Positions 11,727 through 22,381 of a stretch of 64,000 nt of DNA are shown one piece after another. How positions within the stretch are numbered: the stretch's first letter is position 1; the number at the start of each line of letters is the position of its first letter. The stretch is from Escherichia phage vB_Eco_NR1, in the sequence record LR990704; one strand, 5' to 3'. The position numbers and the translations under genes were made by a program. The notes under the pieces are model-generated. The model was not told where the DNA came from and did no database searches. It saw only the letters and a list, made by a program, of their open reading frames with translations.

Positions 11727-11894
11727 CTATAGCAAAAGTTGTGTTTCATTTAATTGTTCTTCCGAACTTTCTGAAACTGGTAGTTCTTTAATGTAATTAT
11801 AGCAAGGCCCAGGATGTACAGGACCTTTGTCTGTTTCAACAACCAATGCAGAATCGATTGGAGTTTTACAGACAACACAAATCTTATCTGACAT
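11727..11894 (-). CDS. uvsY.-2: small Cys-containing protein, 55 aa (T4 uvsY.-2 position)
   Basis: Hand-translated: MSDKICVVCKTPIDS..PGPCYNY..; TATAAATA-type late promoter about 25 nt upstream on the minus strand; not in the ORF track (under 60 aa). Confidence 0.5.
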   Translation of the reverse strand: MSDKICVVCKTPIDSALVVETDKGPVHPGPCYNYIKELPVSESSEEQLNETQLLL

Positions 11895-11919
11895 GATTGT
11901 CTCCTCTGAATTATATATC

Positions 11920-11927
11920 TATTTATA
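11920..11927 (-). promoter_or_regulatory. late promoter (TATAAATA on minus strand) upstream of the uvsY.-2-like ORF
   Basis: Reverse-complement TATAAATA about 25 nt upstream of the ATG at 11894. Confidence 0.5.
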
Positions 11928-12147
11928 CAACTCTCATATGCATATCAATGCCCATATCTTTAGAATAAAAATATTCATCAAGATATCCGGCAAATTTTCC
12001 TTTAATATAAAGGACATCTTCACCGCACGGGTGGTCGGCCAGGATACGAATATCCTGACGCTTAAGATTATGCTTTTTCATTAAGAATTGAATTTCCGTT
12101 TCAAATTCTTCTTCATAATTAAAAGCATCATCAATGCTATATCTCAT
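11923..12147 (-). CDS. uvsY.-1: hypothetical protein (T4 uvsY.-1 position)
   Basis: 74 aa ORF immediately downstream of uvsY. Confidence 0.7.
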   Translation of the reverse strand: MRYSIDDAFNYEEEFETEIQFLMKKHNLKRQDIRILADHPCGEDVLYIKGKFAGYLDEYFYSKDMGIDMHMRVV

Positions 12148-12560
12148 TATTTTCCAGCCTCAAATGCCCGCATGTCTTGAATATGCTTAATAGCAAATCC
12201 ACGTGATTTGATAGCATCAAGAGCTCCGCTACAGAAATCTAATAAAATTCCCCAATATTGTAATGAAGTATCAACCTTTAAAACATCCTTATCAGCTGAT
12301 AGAACTGTCTTCATTTCTGATTTCTCATAACGATCCATACTAAATTCATCACCATCTCCTCGTCCCGAGTAGTAGTCTAATTTAGCTTTAAGAGCAACTT
12401 TTTTCTGCGCGTCAATTCTAAGCATTTCCTTTTTAATACTTGAATGCTTATTGAGCCATTTACTATATAACATTACGTTATTAGCTGCTTCATACTGTAA
12501 TTTAGTCGAATCTATAAACACATCTTTCTTCAATTCTTCTTGAAGATCTTCTAATTTCAT
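12147..12560 (-). CDS. uvsY: recombination mediator UvsY
   Basis: 137 aa; sequence and length as T4 UvsY. Confidence 0.93.
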   Translation of the reverse strand: MKLEDLQEELKKDVFIDSTKLQYEAANNVMLYSKWLNKHSSIKKEMLRIDAQKKVALKAKLDYYSGRGDGDEFSMDRYEKSEMKTVLSADKDVLKVDTSLQYWGILLDFCSGALDAIKSRGFAIKHIQDMRAFEAGK

Positions 12561-12626
12561 ATTGTTCTCTATTCAATTGTTATTGGATGGACTTAGATTC
12601 ATTATACCACGTTTATACGTGAAGCA

Positions 12627-13025
12627 TTATACTCTGTTACTGGAAGCCAGTTGTAGTTTTATCTGCTCAATATCATCAGGGTTATCGATGACTGAAAAGC
12701 GTATTTCTACTATCAGAGTATAATCATCATAAACTGGTATTACATTAACTGCTAATTTATCAATACGTGGCTCGTAGTTTCTTACTGCGCTTTCAATGTT
12801 ACGCTCAACAGTATCAGCAGTAAGAGGAGTCATATTCTCAAAAAGCTGATCAGATAAATCGCATCCAAATTCTGGGTCAAATGGCCTTGACCCTTTCCTG
12901 GTTGTAATAATTCCTAAAAGACTATTTTTAATTGACCTTAATCCAAGAGATCTGGAAACGTCTTTGTCCCAATCCATTTTCATTTCTGGGTCAATGTCAG
13001 AATAAAGCTTATTAATATTTGCCAT
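12627..13025 (-). CDS. 25: baseplate wedge protein gp25
   Basis: 132 aa; gp25/GPW-like. Confidence 0.93.
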   Translation of the reverse strand: MANINKLYSDIDPEMKMDWDKDVSRSLGLRSIKNSLLGIITTRKGSRPFDPEFGCDLSDQLFENMTPLTADTVERNIESAVRNYEPRIDKLAVNVIPVYDDYTLIVEIRFSVIDNPDDIEQIKLQLASSNRV

Positions 13026-13651
13026 TACAATAGCTCAAAGAATTCTTTGAGTCCTCTTATTACATGAGCGTGAGATTTTCCACACTCTGGACACTTAATT
13101 GGAACAGCCAAATAAACAGTAGGCTTTAAAAGCATATCTTTTATAGCTACAATATCTGACTCTGTGATGATAGAATATAAATCTTCCAACTCTTTTTCAT
13201 TTAAGTCTTCAACTGGAATGCTTTCACCGTTAGCATGAATCGTTTCTATACATGATACTATCATGTGGGCTATATTTTTATCATCAAAAATTTTAGGGTA
13301 ATGGAACTTAATTTTAATGTCACCCAGTGTATACCAGAGGTCTTCTGGTGCATCTATTTGTGTATGTAATAGATTTATATGGGTTGGTATTTCAGTTCCA
13401 CAGGTGCACTTCCAGGAGTTTTCGTGATTAACTTCTCCAAGAGAATGTGCCCATAAATGAATCAATAGTAGTTCTGATTCTTGGCGGTTTAAATCTTTTG
13501 CATTTGTGCATTCTTTGATTAGCTTTTTAACGATCTCTTCTACTGAACCGTTCTTTTTAGCAGTAATAAGTTCTAGATATTCTTTAAGAGTAAATGCGCG
13601 ACAGTTGATTATTTTAGAACCAACTCTCACATCAAATTTGTATTCATACAT
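13025..13651 (-). CDS. 26: baseplate hub protein gp26
   Basis: 208 aa; start-overlap with gene 25; divergent from gene 51. Confidence 0.9.
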   Translation of the reverse strand: MYEYKFDVRVGSKIINCRAFTLKEYLELITAKKNGSVEEIVKKLIKECTNAKDLNRQESELLLIHLWAHSLGEVNHENSWKCTCGTEIPTHINLLHTQIDAPEDLWYTLGDIKIKFHYPKIFDDKNIAHMIVSCIETIHANGESIPVEDLNEKELEDLYSIITESDIVAIKDMLLKPTVYLAVPIKCPECGKSHAHVIRGLKEFFELL

Positions 13652-13672
13652 ATTTAGCTCCTTTATTTATCA

Positions 13673-13680
13673 TATTTATA
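13673..13680 (-). promoter_or_regulatory. late promoter (minus strand) for gene 26
   Basis: Reverse-complement TATAAATA 21 nt upstream of the gene 26 ATG; overlaps the plus-strand promoter of gene 51. Confidence 0.6.
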
Positions 13681-13684
13681 AATA
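13677..13684 (+). promoter_or_regulatory. late promoter (TATAAATA) for gene 51
   Basis: Exact TATAAATA 17 nt upstream of the gene 51 ATG with AAGGAG SD between. Confidence 0.7.
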
Positions 13685-13701
13685 GAATAAAAGGAGCATC
13701 T

Positions 13702-14451
13702 ATGGCAAACATTATTCGTTGTAAATTACCAGATGGTGTTCATCGTTTTAAACCATTTACGGTAGAAGATTATCGAGATTTTTTGTTAGTTCGAAACGAT
13801 ATAGAACATCGGTCACCGCAAGAACAAAAAGAAATAATTGCTGATTTAATTGCTGATTATTTTGGAGACTATCCGAAGACTTGGCAACCATTTATATTTT
13901 TGCAGGTATTTGTAGGGTCAATAGGTAAAACTAAAGTACCGGTCACATTTGTATGTCCAAAATGTAAAAAAGAAAAGACAGTTCCATTTGAAATATATCA
14001 AAAAGAATTAAAGGAACCTGTTTTTGATGTAGCTAATGTTAAAATTAAATTAAAGTTTCCTTCTGAGTTTTATGAAAATAAAGCAAAGATGATTACTGAA
14101 AATATTCATTCCGTTCAAGTAGATGAAATGTGGTATGATTGGAATGAAATTAGCGAATCAAGTCAAATAGAACTTGTTGATGCCATCGAGATAGAAACAT
14201 TAGAAAAAATTCTCGATGCAATGAATCCTATTAATTTAACATTGCATATGTCATGTTGTAATAAGTATGTAAAAAAATACACTGATATAGTAGATGTGTT
14301 TAAGCTATTAGTTAACCCAGATGAAATATTTACTTTTTATCAAATCAATCACACGCTCGTAAAAAGTAATTATAGCTTAAATTCAATAATGAAAATGATT
14401 CCTGCTGAGCGCGGATTCGTATTAAAACTGATTGAGAAGGATAAACAATAA
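13702..14451 (+). CDS. 51: baseplate hub assembly protein gp51
   Basis: 249 aa; late promoter upstream. Confidence 0.9.
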   Translation: MANIIRCKLPDGVHRFKPFTVEDYRDFLLVRNDIEHRSPQEQKEIIADLIADYFGDYPKTWQPFIFLQVFVGSIGKTKVPVTFVCPKCKKEKTVPFEIYQKELKEPVFDVANVKIKLKFPSEFYENKAKMITENIHSVQVDEMWYDWNEISESSQIELVDAIEIETLEKILDAMNPINLTLHMSCCNKYVKKYTDIVDVFKLLVNPDEIFTFYQINHTLVKSNYSLNSIMKMIPAERGFVLKLIEKDKQ

Positions 14452-15626
14452 TGAGTATGTTGCAACGCCCAGGATATCCAAATCTCAGCGTTAAATTATT
14501 TGATAGCTACGACGCTTGGAGTAATAATAGATTTGTTGAATTAGCTGCTACTATTACCACATTAACTATGCGGGATTCTCTTTATGGCCGAAATGAAGGA
14601 ATGCTGCAGTTTTATGATTCTAAAAATATCCATACAAAAATGGATGGAAATGAAATAATTCAGATTTCTGTAGCTAATGCAAACGATATTAATAATGTTA
14701 AAACACGAATTTATGGATGTAAGCATTTTTCCGTGTCAGTAGATTCAAAGGGTGATAACATCATTGCTATTGAATTGGGAACTATTCATTCTATAGAAAA
14801 TCTTAAATTTGGCAGACCGTTTTTCTCTGATGCAGGTGAATCTATAAAGGAAATGCTTGGTGTCATTTATCAGGATCGCACGTTATTAACTCCAGCAATA
14901 AATGCTATAAATGCTTATGTTCCTGATATTCCATGGACTAGCACATTTGAAAACTATTTGTCGTATGTCAGAGAAGTTGCTCTAGCTGTAGGAAGTGACA
15001 AATTTGTATTTGTGTGGCAAGACATCATGGGAGTTAACATGATGGACTATGATATGATGATAAATCAAGAACCGTATCCAATGATTGTCGGTGAGCCATC
15101 TTTAATAGGTCAATTCATCCAAGAATTAAAATATCCATTAGCATATGATTTCGTTTGGTTGACTAAATCAAATCCTCACAAACGTGACCCAATGAAAAAC
15201 GCTACTATCTATGCTCATTCATTTTTAGATTCTTCATTGCCAATGATTACTACAGGAAAGGGCGAAAACTCTATTGTAGTATCAAGGTCAGGTGCTTATT
15301 CTGAAATGACTTATAGGAATGGATATGAAGAAGCTATTCGTCTTCAAACTATGGCACAATACGATGGCTATGCTAAATGTTCTACTGTCGGTAATTTTAA
15401 CTTGACACCTGGCGTTAAAATTATTTTTAACGATAGTAAAAACCAATTTAAAACAGAATTTTACGTTGATGAAGTCATCCATGAATTATCAAATAATAAT
15501 TCAGTAACTCATCTATATATGTTCACTAATGCAACGAAACTGGAAACAATAGACCCAGTTAAGGTTAAAAATGAATTTAAATCTGATACTACCACTGAAG
15601 AAAGTAGTTCTTCCAATAAGCAATAA
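14451..15626 (+). CDS. 27: baseplate hub protein gp27
   Basis: 391 aa; canonical position. Confidence 0.93.
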   Translation: MSMLQRPGYPNLSVKLFDSYDAWSNNRFVELAATITTLTMRDSLYGRNEGMLQFYDSKNIHTKMDGNEIIQISVANANDINNVKTRIYGCKHFSVSVDSKGDNIIAIELGTIHSIENLKFGRPFFSDAGESIKEMLGVIYQDRTLLTPAINAINAYVPDIPWTSTFENYLSYVREVALAVGSDKFVFVWQDIMGVNMMDYDMMINQEPYPMIVGEPSLIGQFIQELKYPLAYDFVWLTKSNPHKRDPMKNATIYAHSFLDSSLPMITTGKGENSIVVSRSGAYSEMTYRNGYEEAIRLQTMAQYDGYAKCSTVGNFNLTPGVKIIFNDSKNQFKTEFYVDEVIHELSNNNSVTHLYMFTNATKLETIDPVKVKNEFKSDTTTEESSSSNKQ

Positions 15627-16104
15627 AGAAGTTTCTATTCCTAAAATGGGTCTTAAACATTATAACATTTTAAAAGATGTTAAAGGTCCTGATGAAAATT
15701 TAAAACTTCTTATTGATTCTATTTGTCCGAATTTATCACCGGCAGAAGTTGATTTCGTTTCTATTCATCTATTGGAATTTAATGGAAAGATTAAATCTCG
15801 TAAAGAAATAGATGGTTATACTTATGACATTAATGATGTTTATGTATGCCAAAGATTGGAATTTCAATACCAAGGAAATACATTTTATTTTAGACCTCCT
15901 GGAAAATTTGAACAATTTTTAACGGTGAGCGATATGTTATCCAAATGCTTGCTTAAGGTCAATGATGAAGTTAAAGAAATTAATTTTCTTGAGATGCCAG
16001 CATTCGTTTTAAAATGGGCAAATGATATTTTTACAACTTTAGCAATTCCTGGCCCTAATGGTCCAATAACCGGAATTGGCAATATTATTGGATTATTTGA
16101 ATGA
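15571..16104 (+). CDS. 28: baseplate hub distal subunit gp28
   Basis: 177 aa ORF overlapping the 3' end of gene 27. Confidence 0.85.
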   Translation: MNLNLILPLKKVVLPISNKEVSIPKMGLKHYNILKDVKGPDENLKLLIDSICPNLSPAEVDFVSIHLLEFNGKIKSRKEIDGYTYDINDVYVCQRLEFQYQGNTFYFRPPGKFEQFLTVSDMLSKCLLKVNDEVKEINFLEMPAFVLKWANDIFTTLAIPGPNGPITGIGNIIGLFE

Positions 16105-17873
16105 AAAAGCCACAAGAAATGCAAACGATGCGTAGAAAAGTTATTTCAGATAATAAACCAACACAGGAAGCGGCTAAATCCGCTTCTAACACTTTATCTG
16201 GACTTAACGATATATCTACGAAATTGGATGATGCTCAAGCTGCTTCTGAATTAATTGCTCAAACTGTCGAAGAAAAATCGAATGAAATAATTGGAGCAAT
16301 TGACAACGTAGAAAGCGCAGTGAGTGATACTACTGCCGGTTCTGAGTTAATTGCTGAAACTGTCGAAATTGGCAATAATATTAATAAAGAAATCGGTGAA
16401 TCACTCGGGAGCAAATTAGATAAATTAACAAGTTTACTAGAGCAAAAAATTCAGACAGCTGGAATTCAACAGACGGGAACTAGTTTAGCTACGGTTGAAA
16501 GCGCTATTCCTGTTAAAGTTGTTGAGGACGATACAGCTGAATCTGTGGGTCCTTTATTACCGGCTCCTGAAGCAGTTAATAATGATCCTGATGCTGATTT
16601 TTTCCCTACCCCTCAGCCAGTCGAACCTAAACAAGAATCGCCAGAAGAAAAACAGAAAAAAGACGCATTTAACTTAAAATTATCTCAAGCTTTAGATAAA
16701 TTAACAAAGACTGTTGATTTCGGATTTAAGAAATCTATTTCAATTACTGATAAAATATCAAGCATGCTATTTAAGTATACCGTCAGTGCTGCTATTGAAG
16801 CTGCTAAAATGACTGCAATGATATTGGCTGTTGTTGTTGGAATAGATCTGCTGATGGTTCACTTTAAATATTGGTCAGATAAATTTTCGCAGGCTTGGGA
16901 TTTGTTTAGTTCAAACTTTACTAAATTCTCTAGCGAAACCGGAACATGGGGTCCTTTATTACAGAGCATCTTTAGTTCTATTGATGAAATTAAAAAATTC
17001 TGGGAAGAGGGAGATTGGGGCGGTTTGACGGTAGCTATTGTAGAAGGGCTTGGAAAGGTTCTTTATAATTTAGGAGAACTTATTCAGCTTGGAATGGCTA
17101 AATTATCTGCTGCAATTCTTCGAGTCATTCCTGGCATGAAGGATACCGCTGATGAAGTAGAAGGAAGAGCACTAGAAAATTTCCAAAATTCTACTGGAGC
17201 ATCTCTCAATAAAGAAGACCAGGAAAAAGTTGCAAATTATCAAGATAAACGAATGAACGGAGACCTTGGTCCGATAGCAAAAGGATTAGATAAAATTGCT
17301 AATTGGAAAACTCGTGCATCTAACTGGATTCGTGGCGTTGATAATAAAGAAGCACTAACTACCGACGAAGAACGCGCAGCAGAAGAAGAAAAATTAAAGC
17401 AACTTTCACCAGAAGAAAGAAAAAATGCTTTAATGAAGGCTAATGAAGCTCGGGCCGCGATGATTCGTTTTGAAAAATATGCTGATTCAGCTGATATGAG
17501 TAAAGACTCAACGGTTAAATCAGTTGAAGCTGCCTATGAAGACCTTAAAAAACGGATGGATGACCCGGATTTAAATAATTCACCGGCAGTTAAAAAAGAA
17601 CTTGCTGCTAGATTTTCTAAAATTGATGCTACTTATCAAGAGCTCAAGAAAAATCAGCCTAATGCCAAACCTGAAACTTCTGCTAAATCGCCAGAAGCAA
17701 AACAAGTCCAGGTAATAGAAAAGAACAAAGCACAGCAAGCTCCTGTTCAACAAGCATCTCCTTCGATCAATAATACTAATAATGTTGTTAAGAAAAATAC
17801 TGTCGTTCATAATATGACACCCGTAACGAGCACGACTGCTCCTGGTGTATTTGACGCGACTGGAGTTAATTAA
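16101..17873 (+). CDS. 29: tail tube length determinator / baseplate hub gp29
   Basis: 590 aa; canonical position. Confidence 0.93.
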   Translation: MKKPQEMQTMRRKVISDNKPTQEAAKSASNTLSGLNDISTKLDDAQAASELIAQTVEEKSNEIIGAIDNVESAVSDTTAGSELIAETVEIGNNINKEIGESLGSKLDKLTSLLEQKIQTAGIQQTGTSLATVESAIPVKVVEDDTAESVGPLLPAPEAVNNDPDADFFPTPQPVEPKQESPEEKQKKDAFNLKLSQALDKLTKTVDFGFKKSISITDKISSMLFKYTVSAAIEAAKMTAMILAVVVGIDLLMVHFKYWSDKFSQAWDLFSSNFTKFSSETGTWGPLLQSIFSSIDEIKKFWEEGDWGGLTVAIVEGLGKVLYNLGELIQLGMAKLSAAILRVIPGMKDTADEVEGRALENFQNSTGASLNKEDQEKVANYQDKRMNGDLGPIAKGLDKIANWKTRASNWIRGVDNKEALTTDEERAAEEEKLKQLSPEERKNALMKANEARAAMIRFEKYADSADMSKDSTVKSVEAAYEDLKKRMDDPDLNNSPAVKKELAARFSKIDATYQELKKNQPNAKPETSAKSPEAKQVQVIEKNKAQQAPVQQASPSINNTNNVVKKNTVVHNMTPVTSTTAPGVFDATGVN

Positions 17874-17881
17874 GGAATAAT

Positions 17882-18976
17882 ATGGCAATTGTTAAAGAAA
17901 TAACTGCTGATTTAATTAAAAAGTCCGGTGAGAAAATTTCAGCCGGACAGAGTACTAAATCAGAAGTAGCAACTAAAACATACACTGCCCAGTTTCCAAC
18001 TGGGCGTGCTAGTGGTAATGACACTACAGGGGACTTCCAGGTAACAGATCTATATAAGAATGGATTATTATTTACTGCATACAATATGTCATCTAGGGAT
18101 TCTGGAAGTCTTAGATCGATGAGATCTAACTACTCTTCTTCATCTTCGAGTATTTTAAGTACAGCTAGAAACACTATTAGTAGTACAGTATCAAAACTAT
18201 CAAATGGATTAATATCAAACAATAATTCAGGAACAATAAGTAAAGCTCCTGTCGCAAACATTCTTTTACCGAGATCTAAATCTGACGTTGATACATCATC
18301 ACATAGATTTAACGATGTTCAAGAAAGTCTTATCAGCAGAGGCGGAGGTACTGCTACTGGTGTGCTAAGTAATATTGCTTCAACTGCAGTATTTGGAGCA
18401 CTGGAAAGTATAACACAAGGTATAATGGCTGATAATAATGAACAAATATACACTACGGCTCGAAGTATGTATGGTGGTGCTGAAAATAGAACTAAAGTGT
18501 TTACTTGGGATTTGACTCCACGTTCAACAGAAGATTTAATGGCTATTATTAATATCTATCAATATTTTAACTATTTTTCTTATGGTGAAACTGGTAAATC
18601 TCAATATGCTGCTGAAATAAAGGGGTATTTAGATGATTGGTATCGTTCTACGTTAATTGAACCTTTATCTCCGGAAGACGCAGCTAAAAATAAAACACTA
18701 TTTGAGAAAATGACATCGAGTTTAACTAACGTTCTAGTAGTTTCAAACCCGACAATTTGGATGGTGAAAAACTTTGGTGCAACATCTAAGTTTGATGGAA
18801 AAACGGAAATATTTGGCCCATGCCAAATACAAAGCATCAGATTTGATAAAACACCTAATGGTAACTTTAACGGATTAGCTATTGCTCCAAACCTCCCTAG
18901 TACATTTACTCTTGAGATTACTATGAGAGAAATTATCACGTTAAACCGTGCTTCTTTATATGCGGGGACTTTTTAA
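17882..18976 (+). CDS. 48: baseplate tail-tube junction protein gp48
   Basis: 364 aa; canonical position. Confidence 0.93.
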   Translation: MAIVKEITADLIKKSGEKISAGQSTKSEVATKTYTAQFPTGRASGNDTTGDFQVTDLYKNGLLFTAYNMSSRDSGSLRSMRSNYSSSSSSILSTARNTISSTVSKLSNGLISNNNSGTISKAPVANILLPRSKSDVDTSSHRFNDVQESLISRGGGTATGVLSNIASTAVFGALESITQGIMADNNEQIYTTARSMYGGAENRTKVFTWDLTPRSTEDLMAIINIYQYFNYFSYGETGKSQYAAEIKGYLDDWYRSTLIEPLSPEDAAKNKTLFEKMTSSLTNVLVVSNPTIWMVKNFGATSKFDGKTEIFGPCQIQSIRFDKTPNGNFNGLAIAPNLPSTFTLEITMREIITLNRASLYAGTF

Positions 18977-19941
18977 TGTATTCTTTAGAGGAATTTAATA
19001 ATCAAGCAATAAACGCAGATTTCCAACGTAATAATATGTTTAGCTGCGTTTTTGCGACAACTCCATCAACTAAAAGCTCTTCGTTGATAAGTTCAATTAG
19101 CAACTTTTCTTATAATAACTTGGGCCTAAATTCAGATTGGTTAGGATTGACTCAAGGTGATATTAATCAGGGAATTACCACGCTAATTACTGCTGGCACA
19201 CAAAAACTGATAAGAAAATCAGGGGTTAGTAAATATCTTATTGGTGCCATGAGTCAACGTACAGTTCAAAGTTTATTAGGCTCATTTACAGTTGGTACAT
19301 ATTTAATTGACTTCTTTAACATGGCATATAACTCATCTGGATTGATGATATACTCTGTAAAAATGCCAGAGAATAGATTATCCTATGAAACTGACTGGAA
19401 CTACAATTCTCCTAATATTCGCATAACCGGGAGAGAATTAGACCCTTTGGTTATTTCATTTAGAATGGATTCAGAAGCTTGTAACTATCGTGCAATGCAA
19501 GACTGGGTTAACGCTGTTCAAGACCCAGTAACTGGATTGCGTGCTTTGCCACAGGATGTCGAGGCAGATATTCAGGTTAATCTTCATTCTCGTAATGGAT
19601 TGCCTCATACTGCGGTGATGTTCACCGGATGCATTCCAATATCAGTGAGCGCTCCTGAGTTATCATATGATGGAGATAACCAAATAACTACATTTGATGT
19701 TACTTTTGCGTATAGAGTCATGCAGGCTGGAGCAGTTGATAGACAAGCTGCGCTTGAATGGCTTGAATCTGCTGCTATAAATGGTATTCAAAGCGTTCTC
19801 GGAAATAGTGGAGGTGTTACTGGACTATCTAATTCGCTTTCACGACTCAGTAGATTAGGTGGAACTGCAGGAAGCATTTCAAACATTAATACTATGACAG
19901 GAATTGTCAATTCGCAAAGTAAAATATTAGGAGCAATATAA
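18976..19941 (+). CDS. 54: baseplate tail-tube initiator gp54
   Basis: 321 aa; followed by a strong stem-loop terminator. Confidence 0.93.
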   Translation: MYSLEEFNNQAINADFQRNNMFSCVFATTPSTKSSSLISSISNFSYNNLGLNSDWLGLTQGDINQGITTLITAGTQKLIRKSGVSKYLIGAMSQRTVQSLLGSFTVGTYLIDFFNMAYNSSGLMIYSVKMPENRLSYETDWNYNSPNIRITGRELDPLVISFRMDSEACNYRAMQDWVNAVQDPVTGLRALPQDVEADIQVNLHSRNGLPHTAVMFTGCIPISVSAPELSYDGDNQITTFDVTFAYRVMQAGAVDRQAALEWLESAAINGIQSVLGNSGGVTGLSNSLSRLSRLGGTAGSISNINTMTGIVNSQSKILGAI

Positions 19942-19943
19942 CA

Positions 19944-19975
19944 ATGGGGACCTTTCGGTCCCCATATTTTTATTT
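19944..19975 (+). terminator. intrinsic terminator after gene 54
   Basis: ATGGGGACC-TTTC-GGTCCCCAT stem-loop followed by ATTTTTATTT. Confidence 0.85.
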
Positions 19976-20260
19976 ACGGAATGAAATAAAAGCAGCAACT
20001 GAAGCAACTAAACTGTCTTCAATATAAACCTCAATTTTTACCGGAGCTTCTGACTCAAATTTACCTGTTACTACACCTTGGAAAATACTTTCAGTCTGTT
20101 CTGGCTTTGAAAAATTTTCAGAAGGAAAAATTCCGAACTTTTTATCTGTTCCAAAAATTTTGATAAATTCATCGTAAACTGCTTCATTAAAAGCATTATC
20201 AGCAGGAATAACGCCTTCAACTACAAGTTCTTGACCTAAAAAGCGTAAAGAAGATTTCAT
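19970..20260 (-). CDS. hypothetical protein, 96 aa
   Basis: ORF directly downstream of the repeated early-promoter/leader cassette (20268..20321), GAGGA Shine-Dalgarno. Confidence 0.65.
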   Translation of the reverse strand: MKSSLRFLGQELVVEGVIPADNAFNEAVYDEFIKIFGTDKKFGIFPSENFSKPEQTESIFQGVVTGKFESEAPVKIEVYIEDSLVASVAAFISFRK

Positions 20261-20267
20261 TTTGTGT

Positions 20268-20321
20268 TCCTCATGTTATGTCAGTAAGACTACTATAACA
20301 CAACACGAGGGACTTGTAAAC
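20268..20321 (-). repeat. 54 bp early promoter/5' leader cassette, copy 1
   Basis: 53 of 54 nt identical to 35115..35168; minus strand GTTTACA, 17 nt, TATAGT, then leader ending in GAGGA. Confidence 0.85.
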
Positions 20322-22378
20322 TACATTTTGAACTTTTTAGACATTCCGTTGATGTTAACCAAAGAAGCTAAGATTTGAGAAACTTCATTTTCCTCTTCTT
20401 TTGATTCTTCTACAAGGAATTGATTAAATCCAGCCATTGGACGAACTTCACCAGTTTCCATTAAATGGTCGCCATCATATACTGATTCTTCTAATTGTTC
20501 AGAAGGAGGAACGATTGTACCTTCTATTAGATACTTGTTATAAGCAGTTTCTTTCATAAAGTACGTGCTCACTTTATTAATCTTCAGTAAAATTCCACGC
20601 GGTAGAATAACTTCAGCTTCTGATGGAAATCCTGATAAATGACCTGGAACGATAACTTTGATTCGCTCAGCTCCTTTAATTACCATACCCACGCTAATTT
20701 CAGCATCTTCATTAGCATATGTAGAATGACTACCCATATGCATCAAATCTTCTGCATCAACGGAACCTTCTCCTTCACCAGAAAATACTGCACCGGAATC
20801 ATCTAGAGCCATATAGTTTTTACCATGCTCACCGAAGATATTTGGTTTAAGCGATGTGGATACGAAGTTCTTGAAATAGAACATTTTATTTTCAATGTTA
20901 TGACGCAAAGTTTTAAAGGTAACTTCTTGCCCACGATAAAGAGTAGTTCCTGGAGGAAGAACAGAACCTTTAGCAAATGCAGAATCCAACGTCTCGATGT
21001 GTTTAATAGCTCGTTCCATATATTCTTCACGGGTAGAATCAGGTTTACCTAAAAGGAACGAGTTCATTTCAACATATGAATCTGCACAATAATCTTCAAT
21101 TACATCAGACTCAGCCTGAGTTAATCCTTTTGGAGTTACTTCAGTGCTTGCGTATTCATATGCCTGAGCGGCAGATTCATTAATCAATTTATAAATGCCA
21201 TTCATGACAAATTGAATAATAGCTGTCTTTTCATCTGGTGTAGCTTTAGAACCTTTAACTAAATCATTGATAATTTTCTTAATAACATCAAAGCTATTAG
21301 AAATATTAATGTCAGCAAGATCGCTTAAAATTTTATCAGTTTTATAATCAAAGAATTCTTTATTCTTTAAATATTCTTGAGAACCTTGATATGTTATATC
21401 GCTCTGCAACTTGATAGATGGATCACGTAAACGTGCATGGGCTAATGCAATATGATTTCGGAAACTTTCTAGTTCATAATCGTTAGATTTAAAACGAGAA
21501 GCACTTCTCATACCACCGATAGCTCCTTTGCTAAAGTTTGAACCAATCTGAATAACGCCAGAGTTCATCGGACCTTCTGCTTTATATACCGGAACTTTAG
21601 ATTCAAACTCTTGATATTTCTTAGCAGCGAAGCTATCACCCTGAAGTGAAGCATCAACAGTAGAATATTGAGCTTGTGCTGCTAATCGACGACTAATTTT
21701 AGTTTTCTGAATAACAGCTTGGTCCGTGCGCTTATCATTTTCTAAAGCAATAGAAGCAGCAACAGCAACAGCTTTAGGAACAGCATTACCTGTTTTAACA
21801 TCTACATAAACATCACCAATCTTTGATTCAACTTTTGCGAATAACTCAGTTGAAATAGGAGGTACACCTGGAATGTCTTCTAAATTGGCATTTTTACGGT
21901 AAACCATAATATATGCGTACTTTTTATCATAATCCCAGATTTCCTTTAAAAGAACATATCGACCTGCTCCTTTAGTACGTACTAAACGGTCAGCAATAAC
22001 TTGCATTTGACGAGCTGCGCCATTTGTTTTACTTTTTAGTACGCGGAATAGGCATGCGTCGATTTTATACTGTTTCATTGTTTGAAGAGCAGTATCAAAA
22101 ACAGCATTAATGACGCCAATTGGATTTCCACCCAAGTTTCTAAGCTTGACTAACGATAATTTCTCGTTGACACCTATCATTACGATATGCATCATTTTGT
22201 CGCCTGGCTTAACGTTTTTATTCGTATCACCGCCAGAGGTGTATGTACAAAATCTAAATCCAGGAAGCACGCTTTCTTCACCGGCTTGAATAGCAAAAAT
22301 TTGTGGTATTTTATGCTTAGGATTTAAGTTAACAACCGGCGCCGAAGCGCCGTCAAATAATTCTGTAATAAGTTCCAT
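20321..22378 (-). CDS. Alt-like ADP-ribosyltransferase, second paralogue (685 aa)
   Basis: N-terminus MELITELFD.. almost identical to Alt; C-terminal region has Arg (YRGQ), STS (FVSTSL) and EAE (PSEAEVILPRG) ART motifs. Confidence 0.85.
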   Translation of the reverse strand: MELITELFDGASAPVVNLNPKHKIPQIFAIQAGEESVLPGFRFCTYTSGGDTNKNVKPGDKMMHIVMIGVNEKLSLVKLRNLGGNPIGVINAVFDTALQTMKQYKIDACLFRVLKSKTNGAARQMQVIADRLVRTKGAGRYVLLKEIWDYDKKYAYIMVYRKNANLEDIPGVPPISTELFAKVESKIGDVYVDVKTGNAVPKAVAVAASIALENDKRTDQAVIQKTKISRRLAAQAQYSTVDASLQGDSFAAKKYQEFESKVPVYKAEGPMNSGVIQIGSNFSKGAIGGMRSASRFKSNDYELESFRNHIALAHARLRDPSIKLQSDITYQGSQEYLKNKEFFDYKTDKILSDLADINISNSFDVIKKIINDLVKGSKATPDEKTAIIQFVMNGIYKLINESAAQAYEYASTEVTPKGLTQAESDVIEDYCADSYVEMNSFLLGKPDSTREEYMERAIKHIETLDSAFAKGSVLPPGTTLYRGQEVTFKTLRHNIENKMFYFKNFVSTSLKPNIFGEHGKNYMALDDSGAVFSGEGEGSVDAEDLMHMGSHSTYANEDAEISVGMVIKGAERIKVIVPGHLSGFPSEAEVILPRGILLKINKVSTYFMKETAYNKYLIEGTIVPPSEQLEESVYDGDHLMETGEVRPMAGFNQFLVEESKEEENEVSQILASLVNINGMSKKFKM

Positions 22379-22381
22379 GAT

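Noticed and set aside
11827-12084. Plus-strand 85 aa ORF
   Set aside because: Overlaps the minus-strand uvsY.-2-like and uvsY.-1 genes and their late promoter; the minus-strand genes have the better signals and synteny.
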